From positions 29,488,852-29,552,851 of the forward strand of contig CM119265.1 in assembly GCA_051294375.1 (NCBI GenBank): DNA of 64,000 bases. The letters are read 5' to 3'. Both the position numbers and the translations under genes were made by a program. The DNA comes from Paraspadella gotoi (taxonomy: Eukaryota; Animalia; Chaetognatha). Position 1 is the first letter of the stretch; each line of letters begins with the position of its first letter. Positions 51,285 to 62,494 of this stretch are shown in pieces. The notes beneath the pieces were generated by a model, which worked only from the letters and a program-made list of their open reading frames with translations, was not told where the DNA came from and did not search any database.

Positions 51285-52535
51285 AGGGACAAAGACAGGG
51301 ATGTGAATGGAATATAGAATGCTCTGAAAAGGTATCCTAATGTGGGAAAATATATATTGACGTCAGGAAAATCTATACGGCGACAAAATCATGAGGGTAA
51401 AAAAAGGGAGAAACTAGTAGGAGAAGAGAGAAAGGTGAACTGAATCTCGTGAACGCGGCCCCGAATCCCTGGAAGGAGGATGAAGAGGAGGTGAATGAGA
51501 AAGAGGGGGTAATAGACCCTCGTCTGTCTATCACCCTTTATACTGGAATGGACCAAGACAGGGATAAGAAAGGGAATGATAGGGATGTGAATGGACAAAC
51601 ACAAGAAAGTGAATGGACAAAGACAGGGATAAGAAGGGACAAAGATAGGGATAAGAAGGGGAATGACAGCGATGTGAATGGACAAANNNNNNNNNNNNNN
51701 NNNNNNNNNNNNNNNNNNNNNNNNNNNNNNNNNNNNNNNNNNNNNNNNNNNNNNNNNNNNNNNNNNNNNNNNNNNNNNNNNNNNNNNNNNNNNNNNNNNN
51801 NNNNNNNNNNNNNNNNNNNNNNNNNNNNNNNNNNNNNNNNNNNNNNNNNNNNNNNNNNNNNNNNNNNNNNNNNNNNNNNNNNNNNNNNNNNNNNNNNNNN
51901 NNNNNNNNNNNNNNNNNNNNNNNNNNNNNNNNNNNNNNNNNNNNNNNNNNNNNNNNNNNNNNNNNNNNNNNNNNNNNNNNNNNNNNNNNNNNNNNNNNNN
52001 NNNNNNNNNNNNNNNNNNATGAACAAAGACAGGGAGTAGATTGGACAAAGACAGGGATAAGAAAGGGAATGACAGGGATGTGGATGGACAAACACAAGAA
52101 AGTGAATGGACAAAGACAGGGATAAGAAGGGGAATGACAGCGATGTGAATGGAGAAACACAAGGAAGTGAATGGACAAAGACATGGATAAGAAGGGACAA
52201 AGACAGGGATTCTAATGAACAAAGACAGGGAGTAGATTGGACAAAGACAGGGATTAGAAGGGGAATGACAGGGATGTGATTGGACAAACACAAGAAAGTG
52301 AATGGACAAAGACAGGGATAAGAAGGAACAAAGACAGGGATTCTAATGAACAAAGACAGGGAGTAGATTGGACAAAGACGATAAGAAGGGGAATTAGGTA
52401 GAGGGATGTTAATGGACAAAGTCAGGAAAGTGAATGGACAATGACCGGGCGGTGAATGGACAAAGACATTGATGTGAATGAATGAAGACAGGCATGTTGA
52501 TGGACAATGACAGGGATTGAATTTGACAAAGACAT
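51285..52535. repeat. Compound higher-order minisatellite (GAATGGACAAAGACAGGGATAAGAAGGG...)
   Basis: Direct observation. Contains an N gap at 51687-52018. Confidence 0.9.
51322..51545 (-). mobile_element. ~220-bp interspersed element with 5-bp TSD (GAATG); strand is relative to the 57805 copy
   Basis: Reverse-complement homolog of 57805-58023. GAATG lies at 51317-51321 and 51546-51550. Confidence 0.75.
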
Positions 52536-52633
52536 AGTTGTAAAAGGACAAATAAGTGGATGTATTCACAAAGTCATAAATTTATTTCATTTAAATTTGT
52601 TTTTATTGTCTTACTCATATATCACTAATCACT

Positions 52634-52675
<42 letters not shown>

Positions 52676-52929
52676 CCTCTCTCACTCCCTCCCCACTGAG
52701 AAAGCTTGTATAGAGAGACCTCCAGGTTAAACTCCCGCTCTTCTCCGGACCCACCATGCTAAATTCGTAATTTAACTTATTTTCATATTTGTATATTATG
52801 TAGAAATAAATTTCCTTTGCAAGTACATAAATGTATGTACCGCTCTGAAACATATTTTATTGTTAATTTGTTAACTCTCACATTTGAGAGTATTACAAAT
52901 CAAATCAAGTCAATTTTCTTTCTCCCCAC

Positions 52930-53139
52930 CTGTAAATCATAGGCCATGTCGGCTTGGCTTTTCTTGGATTGGACCTCCCGGTCGTAAGAGGCCTTTTTCA
53001 GATGGAAGTCTCTCTCTGCTTTTGCAATTTCGACGTCATTTTGGAACCGCGCTGCCATCCGTTGCTCTTCGGCGATGGCTTCCTTGATCCCCGCATCCCG
53101 ACGAGCTTCTGCTTCGCCGATTCGTGCGTCACGTTTTAC
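52930..53139 (-). CDS. FLOT1: Flotillin-1 exon ([70 protein letters not shown])
   Basis: 210 nt, phase 0-0, AG/GT boundaries. Matches the flotillin-1 [15 protein letters not shown]...ADLAYQLQ region. Confidence 0.95.
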
Positions 53140-53617
53140 CTGACGAGTTGATGGGGGNNNNNNNNNNNNNNNNNNNNNNNNNNNNNNNNNNNNNNNNNNN
53201 NNNNNNNNNNNNNNNNNNNNNNNNNNNNNNNNNNNNNNNNNNNNNNNNNNNNNNNNNNNNNNNNNNNNNNNNNNNNNNNNNNNNNNAATACGTCTAGGGG
53301 GGGTTGCAGTTAAAGTGGGTTAAAGGGGTTTAAGGAGTTAAGGACAATGAAGAAATCATCATTCAACAATATTACTTCAATTTATAATAATCTGAATAAA
53401 ATTTTAACCCATAAATTAATATTAACGTTTATTGTTTTAAATTTTTTTTTTTTAAGTATTTTAACTTAGATTGACATACTATAATCACCAGCCATTAGAG
53501 AAGAAAACCTAGTAGCTCATGTTTGCACAGTCTCTATTAATTTATTCTTGCAGAGACACTATGTCTATTCAGGCATGGTCAAGCTCACCATGTCCGTTGA
53601 GGCATAGTAAAGCTCAC

Positions 53618-53640
53618 CTGGGCTGTTCTAGCCATTCCCA
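53618..53640 (-). CDS. FLOT1: Flotillin-1 exon 3' end (LGMARTAQ), remainder in an N gap
   Basis: Matches the LGKARTAQ motif and ends CAG|gtgagc. Confidence 0.8.
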
Positions 53641-53825
53641 NNNNNNNNNNNNNNNNNNNNNNNNNNNNNNNNNNNNNNNNNNNNNNNNNNNNNNNNNNNN
53701 NNNNNNNNNNNNNNNNNNNNNNNNNNNNNNNNNNNNNNNNNNNNNNNNNNNNNNNNNNNNNNNNNNNNNNNNNNNNNNNNNNNNNNNNNNNNNNNNNNNN
53801 NNNNNNNNNNNNNNNNNNNNNNNNN

Positions 53826-53861
<36 letters not shown>

Positions 53862-54071
53862 GAGCGAGAACGAGATATTTTTAAGAATTGAGTTTAAAGA
53901 AAAATAAAAATAAAGAAAACGTGAATTTAAAAAAAAAGGATTTGATTCGTTTTATTCAGTGAAACTTTTCCGTGAATCGGAAAATTGATTGATTGATTGA
54001 TTGATTTAAAGTAAGTTTTACATTTGGTTATAAAGTTTTCATGATCCNNNNNNNNNNNNNNNNNNNNNNNN

Positions 54072-57000
54072 NTATAGATATATACAGGAGGAGATATACA
54101 TAAGCAGGCTTCCATTTGCTGATGGCTAATATAACTCCGGGCTTTCGAGAGCTACAAGTTTCTGATGTGGGGTAGATATATATAGATAATATCGCGGCGC
54201 AAGATATATATACGGTCTTCCCAGCATATATATATAAATATATATATTTTATATATAAGGGATAGAACGGGCCGGATTGGCCAGTGCGCCAATAGACGCG
54301 CTGTTGGATTGGTGGATAAGAGCAGATAGAGATATAGAGAGATATTCGTAATATAGAGAGGCAGAGAGAGGAAGCGAGAGAGGAGATTGCTATAATAAAT
54401 GAAAATAAATGTAAAGCCGCCATCTTGCGAAGTCGTGTGGTCATCTTTTGGCGTCTCCGTCAATTAGACCCAACTGTAAACAATGTCGTTTAATATAATA
54501 AAACATTAGGCCCAACGAGGCCCATGGTGGTGTCAGGTAAGCCCATGATAATAATAATTGAATATAATGTCGGCATTTCATATAATAGTTAGTATATAGA
54601 TATATATATATATAATAGAATATAGAGATAAGGTCAAAATCGTTGGTAAAATTTTAGTGGACTTTTTCAATAGAAATTATGTTTGTTTCTAAGAGATAAA
54701 ATAATATAATATAGAGGTTGCAAGACTTAGCTAAAATAATTAATATAAAACTAATTATTTTAATATAATATATATATTTCTTCAATCAAATTTGATATCT
54801 TCAAGATATATGATATATATATAGACAGATATATATATAGAGTCTCTGTCTCTGTCTCTCTCATATATATATATATATATACTCTTTCTCTTCTCTGAAG
54901 AGAATTTCGGAAAATAAAAACAATTTTTTATGCCTTTTTTTTCTTATATAATATAACTTTTTCTTGCGAGATATATGTCGGCCTTAAGATCAGAGAGAGA
55001 CAGAGAGAGAAACAGACAGAATTTTAATAGATAGATAGAATAAAAAGAGAGAGAGAGAGAGAGAGACAGAGACAGAAGAGAATGTTCTGTCTTTATTCCC
55101 CGACGTCCTCCCCCCCCAGGAGAGGCTGGTGGTTCTCAGCCAGACGCAGCCGTCGACGACTGCAAGGGGAAGAGAGTCCCAGATAGAGACAACGATGTTG
55201 GGTGCATGGGTCAAAAAACAGATAAGAGAGATAGCATAGAGAGCTTACGCCCAGATGTGCAATCAGAAATATAGAGATGGGCAAGAGATATCATGTGTAA
55301 TTGTGGAGTACGAACAACAAGATATAAGATATAGATAGAAAATAAATAATATAGAGAAGACAAAGCGAAAGAATAGTGTAACATATGGTATGATATTGAG
55401 TCGAATGTCCATAAGAATGAGAGAAAAATAGAAGAGAGAAGAAGAGAGGCGAGAGAAGTAGAGAGGATAGAGAGAGATAGAGAGAGAAGAGAGAGAAGAG
55501 AGAGAGATAGATATATATCATATGTAACGATATGATAGAGAGAACAATATATATTATAATAAAATATTATATATATATTGAGAATAATCGATAAACAGTT
55601 TCACGAAATTATCATAAATATATATATTAACCCGCATATAATTTCAGGATGCTGATAGATCTTGATAGATAGAGGAGCCAGAGATATATATAGATATGAG
55701 ATATTAAGATAGACAGGTAAAGTTAGTTTCATATATTTATACATATATATATATATATAAGCCACGAATATTATTGTGGCTAGATAAACATTTTTCCTTA
55801 TTTTTTATTCTCATCGATATATTAGTCATTTGTTTTACTATATTTATAATCTTTCTCCCGGAATATACCTATTTCTATATCCTTCTTTTTTTTGCATACA
55901 TATAATATATAACTCATCCTCCTCTCTCTCATCTCTCGAATCTCTTCTCTCTCTCTCTCTCCGCGCATTCTCTCTATTTCCCTGAGCTCTCTATTTTCTA
56001 ATTCTTCCGGCTTTCTCTGTCTCTCTTTTTTTTCCGTGCTCTCTTTGCTACTCTCTCTTCCCATTTCCTACCTCTCGCTCCTCTTTTCTCCCCTTCTCTG
56101 CTGCATCTCTGCTCTCGTCTTCCACCGTTCCCCCCCGCGCTCTCTTTTTTCTGCACTGCTTCATCCTTCGCCCTTTATCTGCATGCACTCCTTCTCTGTC
56201 GGCTCTATCCCCCCTCCCCTTTCTCTCTTTCGCTCTCCTCGTTGCTTCCTATCGAGACCGCTCCCTCTCCCTCTCTTCACCACTCATCTCCCGCACTCTC
56301 CCAACTCTTCTCTGGCGCCTCCGCTCTCCGCGCCTGCACCGTCTCTCGTTTCTTCCTTACTCCACTTTCTCTGCTCTGCTCTCGTGTCTCTCTCCCACTC
56401 CTCTGTCACCCTCCGTCTCTTCTCTTCAGGATTTGCCCTGAAGCACAGATGACTCTGACAATTGAGTCTCACCACAGTTTATACGCCGCCTTGGTGTAGC
56501 AATATCTGTCACCGGTATCGGCCCCAGGTCCAGATGATGATAATGATTAAGATAATGGTTGGTTGACAACGGGCATGGATTGACTAATGAATCCGCGCAA
56601 GGTCAGATGATGATGAATAGTGATTTAACGATATTGGTGACACGCATGAATGACTATGACATCCTAAGGTCAGATATGATGATGTGATTAAGATAATGGT
56701 GGACAACCATGATGACTATGACATCTCCCATGTCAGATGATGGATGATAATGATTAAGATAATGATGACAACGACAGATGACTATGACATCGCCCAGGTC
56801 ATATGATAATGAATAGAAGAGATAAATGATGACAACGATGATAAAAATCCGAGGACAGAACGAGGTGATTCCTGGCAAGCGGCCATAATGATAATGATGG
56901 ATAATGATGATGATAGTAATAATTATGATTATGACATCAAGGTAAAAATTCCAAGACACGAAACGAGAGAGTGCTGGCTGCTGCCTGCCAAAATTTTTAG

Positions 57001-57584
57001 GGGCAGACAGAAAGCAGAGAATCCGTCGCAATTGGCACTGGAGACACCTTGAACGGTCAATCAAACAGCGAGCGAAATGCATGGGTAAGGAAATTGGGTT
57101 GAGGGTCAGGATATTGGGATAGGGTAAGGAAATTGGGTTAGGGTCAGGATATTCGGCTCTGAAAAGGCTATGCCTAACACGGGAAGTAAAGTCTCAGAGA
57201 CATGCGTGAATATAATATATTGATGGCAGGCGACAAAAACGTGAGGGTAAAAAAAGTAGGAGAAGAGAGAGAAGGCTAGAAGTGAACCTCGGGAAGCGGC
57301 CGGCCAAATCTAATGGGAGGAGGATGAAGAGGAGGTGAATGAGAAGGAGTGGGGGTAATCAGACCCGCGTCGGTCTATCTCCTTTTATACCTGATTGGTT
57401 GCAGTTCAAGCTAGACACGATCATGTGTGAGAAATTGGGTCGGGTCAGGATATTGGTTAAGGTGGCAACAGTCACGATCGAGTGGTAAGGAAATTGGGTC
57501 GGGTCCAGGTATTAATGTCAGGTCAATAGTCAGATGAATAAGCTTGAGAGAGACCCGCATAGAGGTAGATCTCCTGTACTTGGT
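54072..57584 (+). repeat. Error-rich inverted copy of about 57628-60880 (flotillin promoter and exons 1-4)
   Basis: Contains + strand copies of exon 1 (54483-54536), exon 3 (56430-56527) and exon 4 (~56942-57084). The fold-back centre is at about 57585-57627. Confidence 0.9.
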
Positions 57585-57804
57585 CGAAGTAAGTTTTACA
57601 TTTGGTTATAAAGTTTTCATGATCCCAACCAAGTACAGAGATCTACCTCTATGCGGGTCTCTCTAACTTATCATGTGACTTTGACCTGACATAATATTCT
57701 GACCCGACCCAATTTCCTTACCAATGATCGTGACTATGACCTGACCCAATATCCTGACCCGACCCAATTTCTTACCAATGATCGTGTCTTTGACCTGAAC
57801 CAAT

Positions 57805-58023
57805 CAGTATAAAAGAAGATAGACCGACGCGGGTCTATTCACCTCCTCTTCATCCTCCTCCCAGGGATTCGGGGCCGCGTTCCCGAGGTTCACTTCACCT
57901 TCTCTCTCTTCTCCTACTTTTTTTACCCTCACGATTTTGTCGCCGTATAGATTTTCCTGGCATCAATATATTATTTTCCCGCATTCTCGTGACTTTACTT
58001 CCGGTTATGATTCCTTTTCAGAG
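57805..58023 (+). mobile_element. ~220-bp interspersed element with 5-bp TSD (CCAAT)
   Basis: CCAAT at 57800-57804 and 58024-58028. Removing the element restores the host repeat unit. Homologous to 51322-51545. Confidence 0.8.
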
Positions 58024-58054
58024 CCAATATCCTGACCCGACCCAATGTCCTTAC

Positions 58055-58355
58055 CCATGATCGCTCGTTGATGACCTTCAAGTGTCTNNNNNNNNNNNNN
58101 NNNNNNNNNNNNNNNNNNNNNNNNNNNNNNNNNNNNNNNNNNNNNNNNNNNNNNNNNNNNNNNNNNNNNNNNNNNNNNNNNNNNNNNNNNNNNNNNNNNN
58201 NNNNNNNNNNNNNNNNNNNNNNNNNNNNNNNNNNNNNNNNNNNNNNNNNNNNNNNNNNNNNNNNNNNNNNNNNNNNNNNNNNNNNNNNNNNNNNNNNNNN
58301 NNNNNNNNNNNNNNNNNNNNNNNNNNNNNNCCTCGTTCTGTCCTTGGATTTTTAC
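58055..58355 (-). CDS. FLOT1: Flotillin-1 exon 4 (VKIQGQNE...TLEGHQRAIMG), middle in an N gap
   Basis: Both ends are visible with AG/GT boundaries and SPFH-domain motifs. The inverted copy spans the gap and shows a LAAACQNF-like sequence. Confidence 0.9.
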
Positions 58356-58683
58356 CTGATGTCATAATCAGAATTATTACTATCATCATCTTTATCATCA
58401 TTATCATTATTGGCTGCAGCTAGGATCTCCTCGTTCTGTCCTTGGATTTTTATCATCGTTGTCATCATTATCTTAATCATTATCATCATCATCTGACCTT
58501 GGTGATGTCATAGTCATCATGGTTGTCATCATTATCTTAATCACTATCATCATCATCTGACCTTAGGATGCATAGTATCATGGTTGGTCACCATATCTAA
58601 TCACTTCATCATCATCTGACCTTTGGCCGAGTGTCATTAGTAATCATGGTTGTACCATTATCTTAATCTTTATCATCATTGAC

Positions 58684-58774
58684 CTGGGCGGATACCGTGA
58701 CAGATATTGCTACCCAAGGCGGGTATAAACTGTGGGAGACTCCAATTTGTCAAGTCATTGTGTTCAGGGAAATC
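58684..58774 (-). CDS. FLOT1: Flotillin-1 exon 3 (ISLNTMTLTIES.TVYTRLGVAISVTGIAQ by consensus of the two copies; contains indel errors)
   Basis: Matches flotillin ISLNTLTL...VYTR.GVPISVTGIAQ. Boundaries cttcag| and CAG|gtc. Confidence 0.88.
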
Positions 58775-59403
58775 CTGAAGAGAAGAGCGAAGAGCGGAAG
58801 GAGAGTGGGAGAAGAGAGAGGAGAGAGAAAGGTGACTGGCAGTAAGAGACAAGAGAGAGGAGGGGGAGAGGGAGGGGAGAGAAAAGTTGGGAGAGGAGAG
58901 TGAGGGGAGAGAGGGGAGCAGGGGAGCGGGAGAGGAAAGAGGAGGGCGAAAGAGAGAAAAGGGAGGGAGGAGGGACAGAGAAGGAGTGATGAAGAGAGAA
59001 GCGGAAAGAGAGTGAAAAAAGAGAGGGGATTGGGAAGGTGGGGAGAGAGATGAGAGAGAAGAGGAAGGTGGAAAGAGGAGGCGAGAGGGGAGTGGGAAGA
59101 GAGAGTAGAAGAGAAGAAGAAAAAAGAGAGAGACAGAGAATAGGAAGAATTAGAAAGATAGAGAGTGGAAATAGAGAGTAATGCGGGCAAGAAGAGAGAG
59201 AGAGGAGGGAGCAGAGAGAGAGAGAGAGGAAAGACAAAAAGAAGATTATAGAAAATAGATTCGGAGAAAGAGATAAAACGCCAAGAATGAATTAATATAT
59301 TCTTGGAGAATAAAAATAAGGAATATAATAATGTTTAGGCGTAGCAAATAAATTTGGTGGCTAACATAATTAAAGGGTGAGAAAAATGTTGACCTAACTT
59401 TAC

Positions 59404-59479
59404 CTGTCTATTCTTTGGATGTACGGCCAGACGAAAACTCGGCCACCAGCGACAAGATTGGGTTTGCTGTGACAGCATC
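59404..59479 (-). CDS. FLOT1: Flotillin-1 exon 2 ([26 protein letters not shown])
   Basis: 76 nt, AG/GT boundaries. Matches the [11 protein letters not shown] motif. Confidence 0.93.
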
Positions 59480-59588
59480 CTGAAAAAGGGATTGAAAAGA
59501 GCTATGAATAATTTTGAAACTGTTACGTATTTATTCTCAATAATATAAATTATGAAAAATAAATGTTTTTCTAAAGTATATATATATA

Positions 59589-59621
<33 letters not shown>

Positions 59622-60218
59622 TACTTTCTTTCCCTTTCTCTCTCTCATTCTCTATCTCTGTTTTTTTTCTCTCATTGGCTTTGGACATTCTACAATAAAT
59701 AAATATTTTCTTTCCTTTCTTTTCTTCGATTTTTGTATTTATTTATTTTTAATTTCATTTTTTCCTACTTTTCGAAACTTGTGCGTACTCCACATTACAC
59801 ACTGGATATGCCCTTTGCCATTGCACACTTCATTGCACATCTCGTTTTAGCCTCATGCGCGACGCATGTTCCATCGTTTTGTGCCCATGCACCAACATCG
59901 TTGGCTGCAGTGGACTCTCTTCCCCTGCAGCGTCGGGCTGCGGTCCTGTGGCTGAGAATCCACAGCGCGCCCAGGGGGGGGGGAGGACGTCGGGGAAAAG
60001 ACAGAACATTCTCTCTGTCTCTGTCTCTCTCTCTCTCTCTCTTTTTTATTTCTGTTGACCGATCATAAAATTCTGTCTGTTTCTCTCTCTGTCTCTCTCT
60101 TGTCTTAAGGCGACAATGATCACGCAATTGAAAAAGGATAAAAAGAAAAAAAGGATAAAAAATTGTTTTTATTTTCCGAAATTTCGCTTTGTCAGGAAGA
60201 GAAAGAGAAACAGGAAGA

Positions 60219-60258
<40 letters not shown>

Positions 60259-60524
60259 GCTGTCAAGAATAACAAAACTTGAAGAATCAAATATTTGATA
60301 TGAAGAAAAAAAGAATAAAATAATTAGTTTTAGTGTTTAAAAATTTTTTTAGCTAAGTCTGCAACCTCCTAATAGAATGGTACTGTCTTTAAAACAACAT
60401 AATTTCATGAAAAAGTCACTAAAATATTTTAGCCAACGATTTTGACCTACTTTTCATTAGGTCTAAGTTAGACATAAATCGATAGATTAACTAGACATGA
60501 AAAATGCCAAAAAGACAGGCTTAC

Positions 60525-60574
60525 CGTGACACACATGGGCCTCGTTGGGGCCACATGTTTGGGAAAAACGACAT
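60525..60574 (-). CDS. FLOT1: Flotillin-1 first coding exon (MSFFQTCGPNEAMVVSG by consensus with the inverted copy)
   Basis: TCGPNEA motif and donor G|gtaag. Contains small indel errors. Confidence 0.88.
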
Positions 60575-60699
60575 TTATACAGCTTGGTCTAATTGACGTG
60601 GAGACGCCAAAGAGACCAACGATTCGGCAAGATCGCGGCAGTTTGAATGAATCTCTCTCCTTCCTCCTCCTCGCCTCCGAAACGAAGCTCGCGAACGTC

Positions 60700-60750
60700 A
60701 TCTGCGATCCACCAATCACAGCGCGTTATTGGCGACTGGCCAAATCGCGT
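60700..60750. promoter_or_regulatory. Putative flotillin promoter with oppositely oriented CCAAT boxes
   Basis: CCAATCA and ATTGG within a GC-rich patch about 140 bp upstream of the ATG. Both motifs are retained in the inverted copy. Confidence 0.4.
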
Positions 60751-61279
60751 GTCGATGCCTAAGGAGAGAATTTTAATAATTGGTGGGAAGAGAGAACGTT
60801 GCGCGAGATTTTAGAGGAAATCTACCAATTAGACGAGCCTCGAAATCCCGGGGGTCTATTAGCAATTGAAGAGCGTATTTGAGTGTTTGCCGAGACGCAA
60901 ATGCGACAATGGCAATTGCAGGCAGCAATGGGTAGCACGTAAGAAGGGAAAGTATGCAGAATGCGATAAGGATTCCAATGGCATTACTGGAAACGATTCC
61001 GGACCTTTTGATTCTTCTCTCAGAAAAATCGTCTTCTGTCCAATCATGTGATTCTATTGCAGAGCTTTAACTAATCACTGGTTTTAATCTTTGCATTGAA
61101 AGAATAAAAAAGGAGAGAGCTAAAGTAAAGAGGCGAAAAGAAAGACAGAAAATTAAAGAAAAAGAGAAAAAGAGAGTTGAAGAAAGAGAGAAAAAGAGAG
61201 AAAGAGAAAAAGAAAAGGTATAACAATCTATATTTCCACTTTAATAAAAATTAATTATTTAGATATACACAATAAGAAC

Positions 61280-62494
61280 TAGTGTTCCGATAACCGTCAA
61301 CTGTTAACGGTTATTAACGGTTAAAAATTTTTTTAACTTAACCGTTAATATATTTATTTTAACGGTTAAATTCGGTTAATTTTCAAATGTGATTTTTTTT
61401 ATTTTTTGGTATGAAATCTTTAAATTTAAAAAAAAAAATATTTTTTTCCTGTTTTCTCTTATTCTCCTCTCCCCTTCTCACCATATTTTTACCCCTCTCT
61501 CTCTTCTCCACTTTTTTCCTGCTTTTTTCTTTTGTTTTTTTTAATTTTTTTCTATCCTAATCTCTCTCTTCCTCTTTATTTATCTCCTCCTGTTCCTTTC
61601 TTTTTCTTTCTCACTTCCCCTTTTTCTTTCCCCTTTTCTTTTTTCTCCTTTTTTTCGCCCTTTGATTTTACCTTTTTCCTTTTTTTGCCCTTTCATGCAA
61701 TAATATATATTCAATTTAGCTAAAAATAAATAATCCCTCTTATTTTACTTTTTCTATCTTTTTGTTTCCTTCTTTAAAACGATCAAAGAAGCAAATGAAA
61801 TAAAACCAAATGAATAAAAAAAATTAATAAAAAACCAAATAAAAAATTTTATTTAAAAAAATTTAAAAATTAATAATAGAAGGAACGAATCTTAAAAAAG
61901 ACATATAAAAAAGAATAATGATGATATACTTTTTAATTAAACTGAAAAATATATTTATTCATCAATAAATATTTTGATCAATCGATAAATCAAATAGTCT
62001 ATCAATAAATTAAAATTCATATTTATATTTATGGTCAATGACCATTGGTCATAGTTTATGAAAGACTAACAACAGAAAACAAGCGTTTAGGAAACTAACA
62101 ACTACAAAAATAATGAGGAAGAGAAGAAGTAGAGAAAGAAAAAGAGAAAGCAAAAGAGAGAAAGAGAAAACAAAATATGGAATTAGAATTTGATGGTATC
62201 CTTTCGTTTCGTTGTGTTATGAGATTAGCAAAAATATTTGTTTTGTTACAACAGCAATATAATTTGACATAAAAAACAGACATGTTTCCACTCTGTTTCA
62301 AGTCTTTATCAGCGCATTTAAGAGCCAGAGTTAAAGAGAAAATACCATTAAATACTTTAGTTTGTTTTAAATCTTAATATTTTAAATTTAAAGTTAAATT
62401 ATAAAATTAACCGATCTTAACGGTTAACCGTTAAAAATGTTAGTTTTAACGGTTAAGCGAATTTCCTAAAAAATTAACGGTTATCGGAACTCTA
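61280..62494. mobile_element. Non-autonomous hAT DNA transposon (~1.2 kb)
   Basis: TIRs TAGTGTTCCGATAACCGT / ACGGTTATCGGAACTCTA, a perfect 8-bp TSD ATAAGAAC (61272-61279, 62495-62502), and clustered subterminal AACGGTT/AACCGTT motifs. Confidence 0.9.
62191..62316 (-). mobile_element. Penelope-like fragment with degenerate hammerhead, nested in the hAT element
   Basis: Minus strand reads GCG-CTGATAAA-GACT...AGTG-GAAACATGTCTGTTTTT...CACAACGAAACGAAAGGATACC, homologous to the 33.7 kb family. Confidence 0.6.

Noticed and set aside
50123-52569. Long ORFs in the ORF track
   Set aside because: They are artefacts of N runs and tandem repeats.
54483-57084. Second flotillin paralog on the + strand
   Set aside because: Introns and flanks are mirrored as well, the error rate is very high and the junction sequence is duplicated. 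A read fold-back explains it best.
58684-60574. Frameshifts in flotillin exons 1 and 3 suggesting a pseudogene
   Set aside because: The indels differ between the two mirrored copies and the other exons are intact, consistent with sequencing error.
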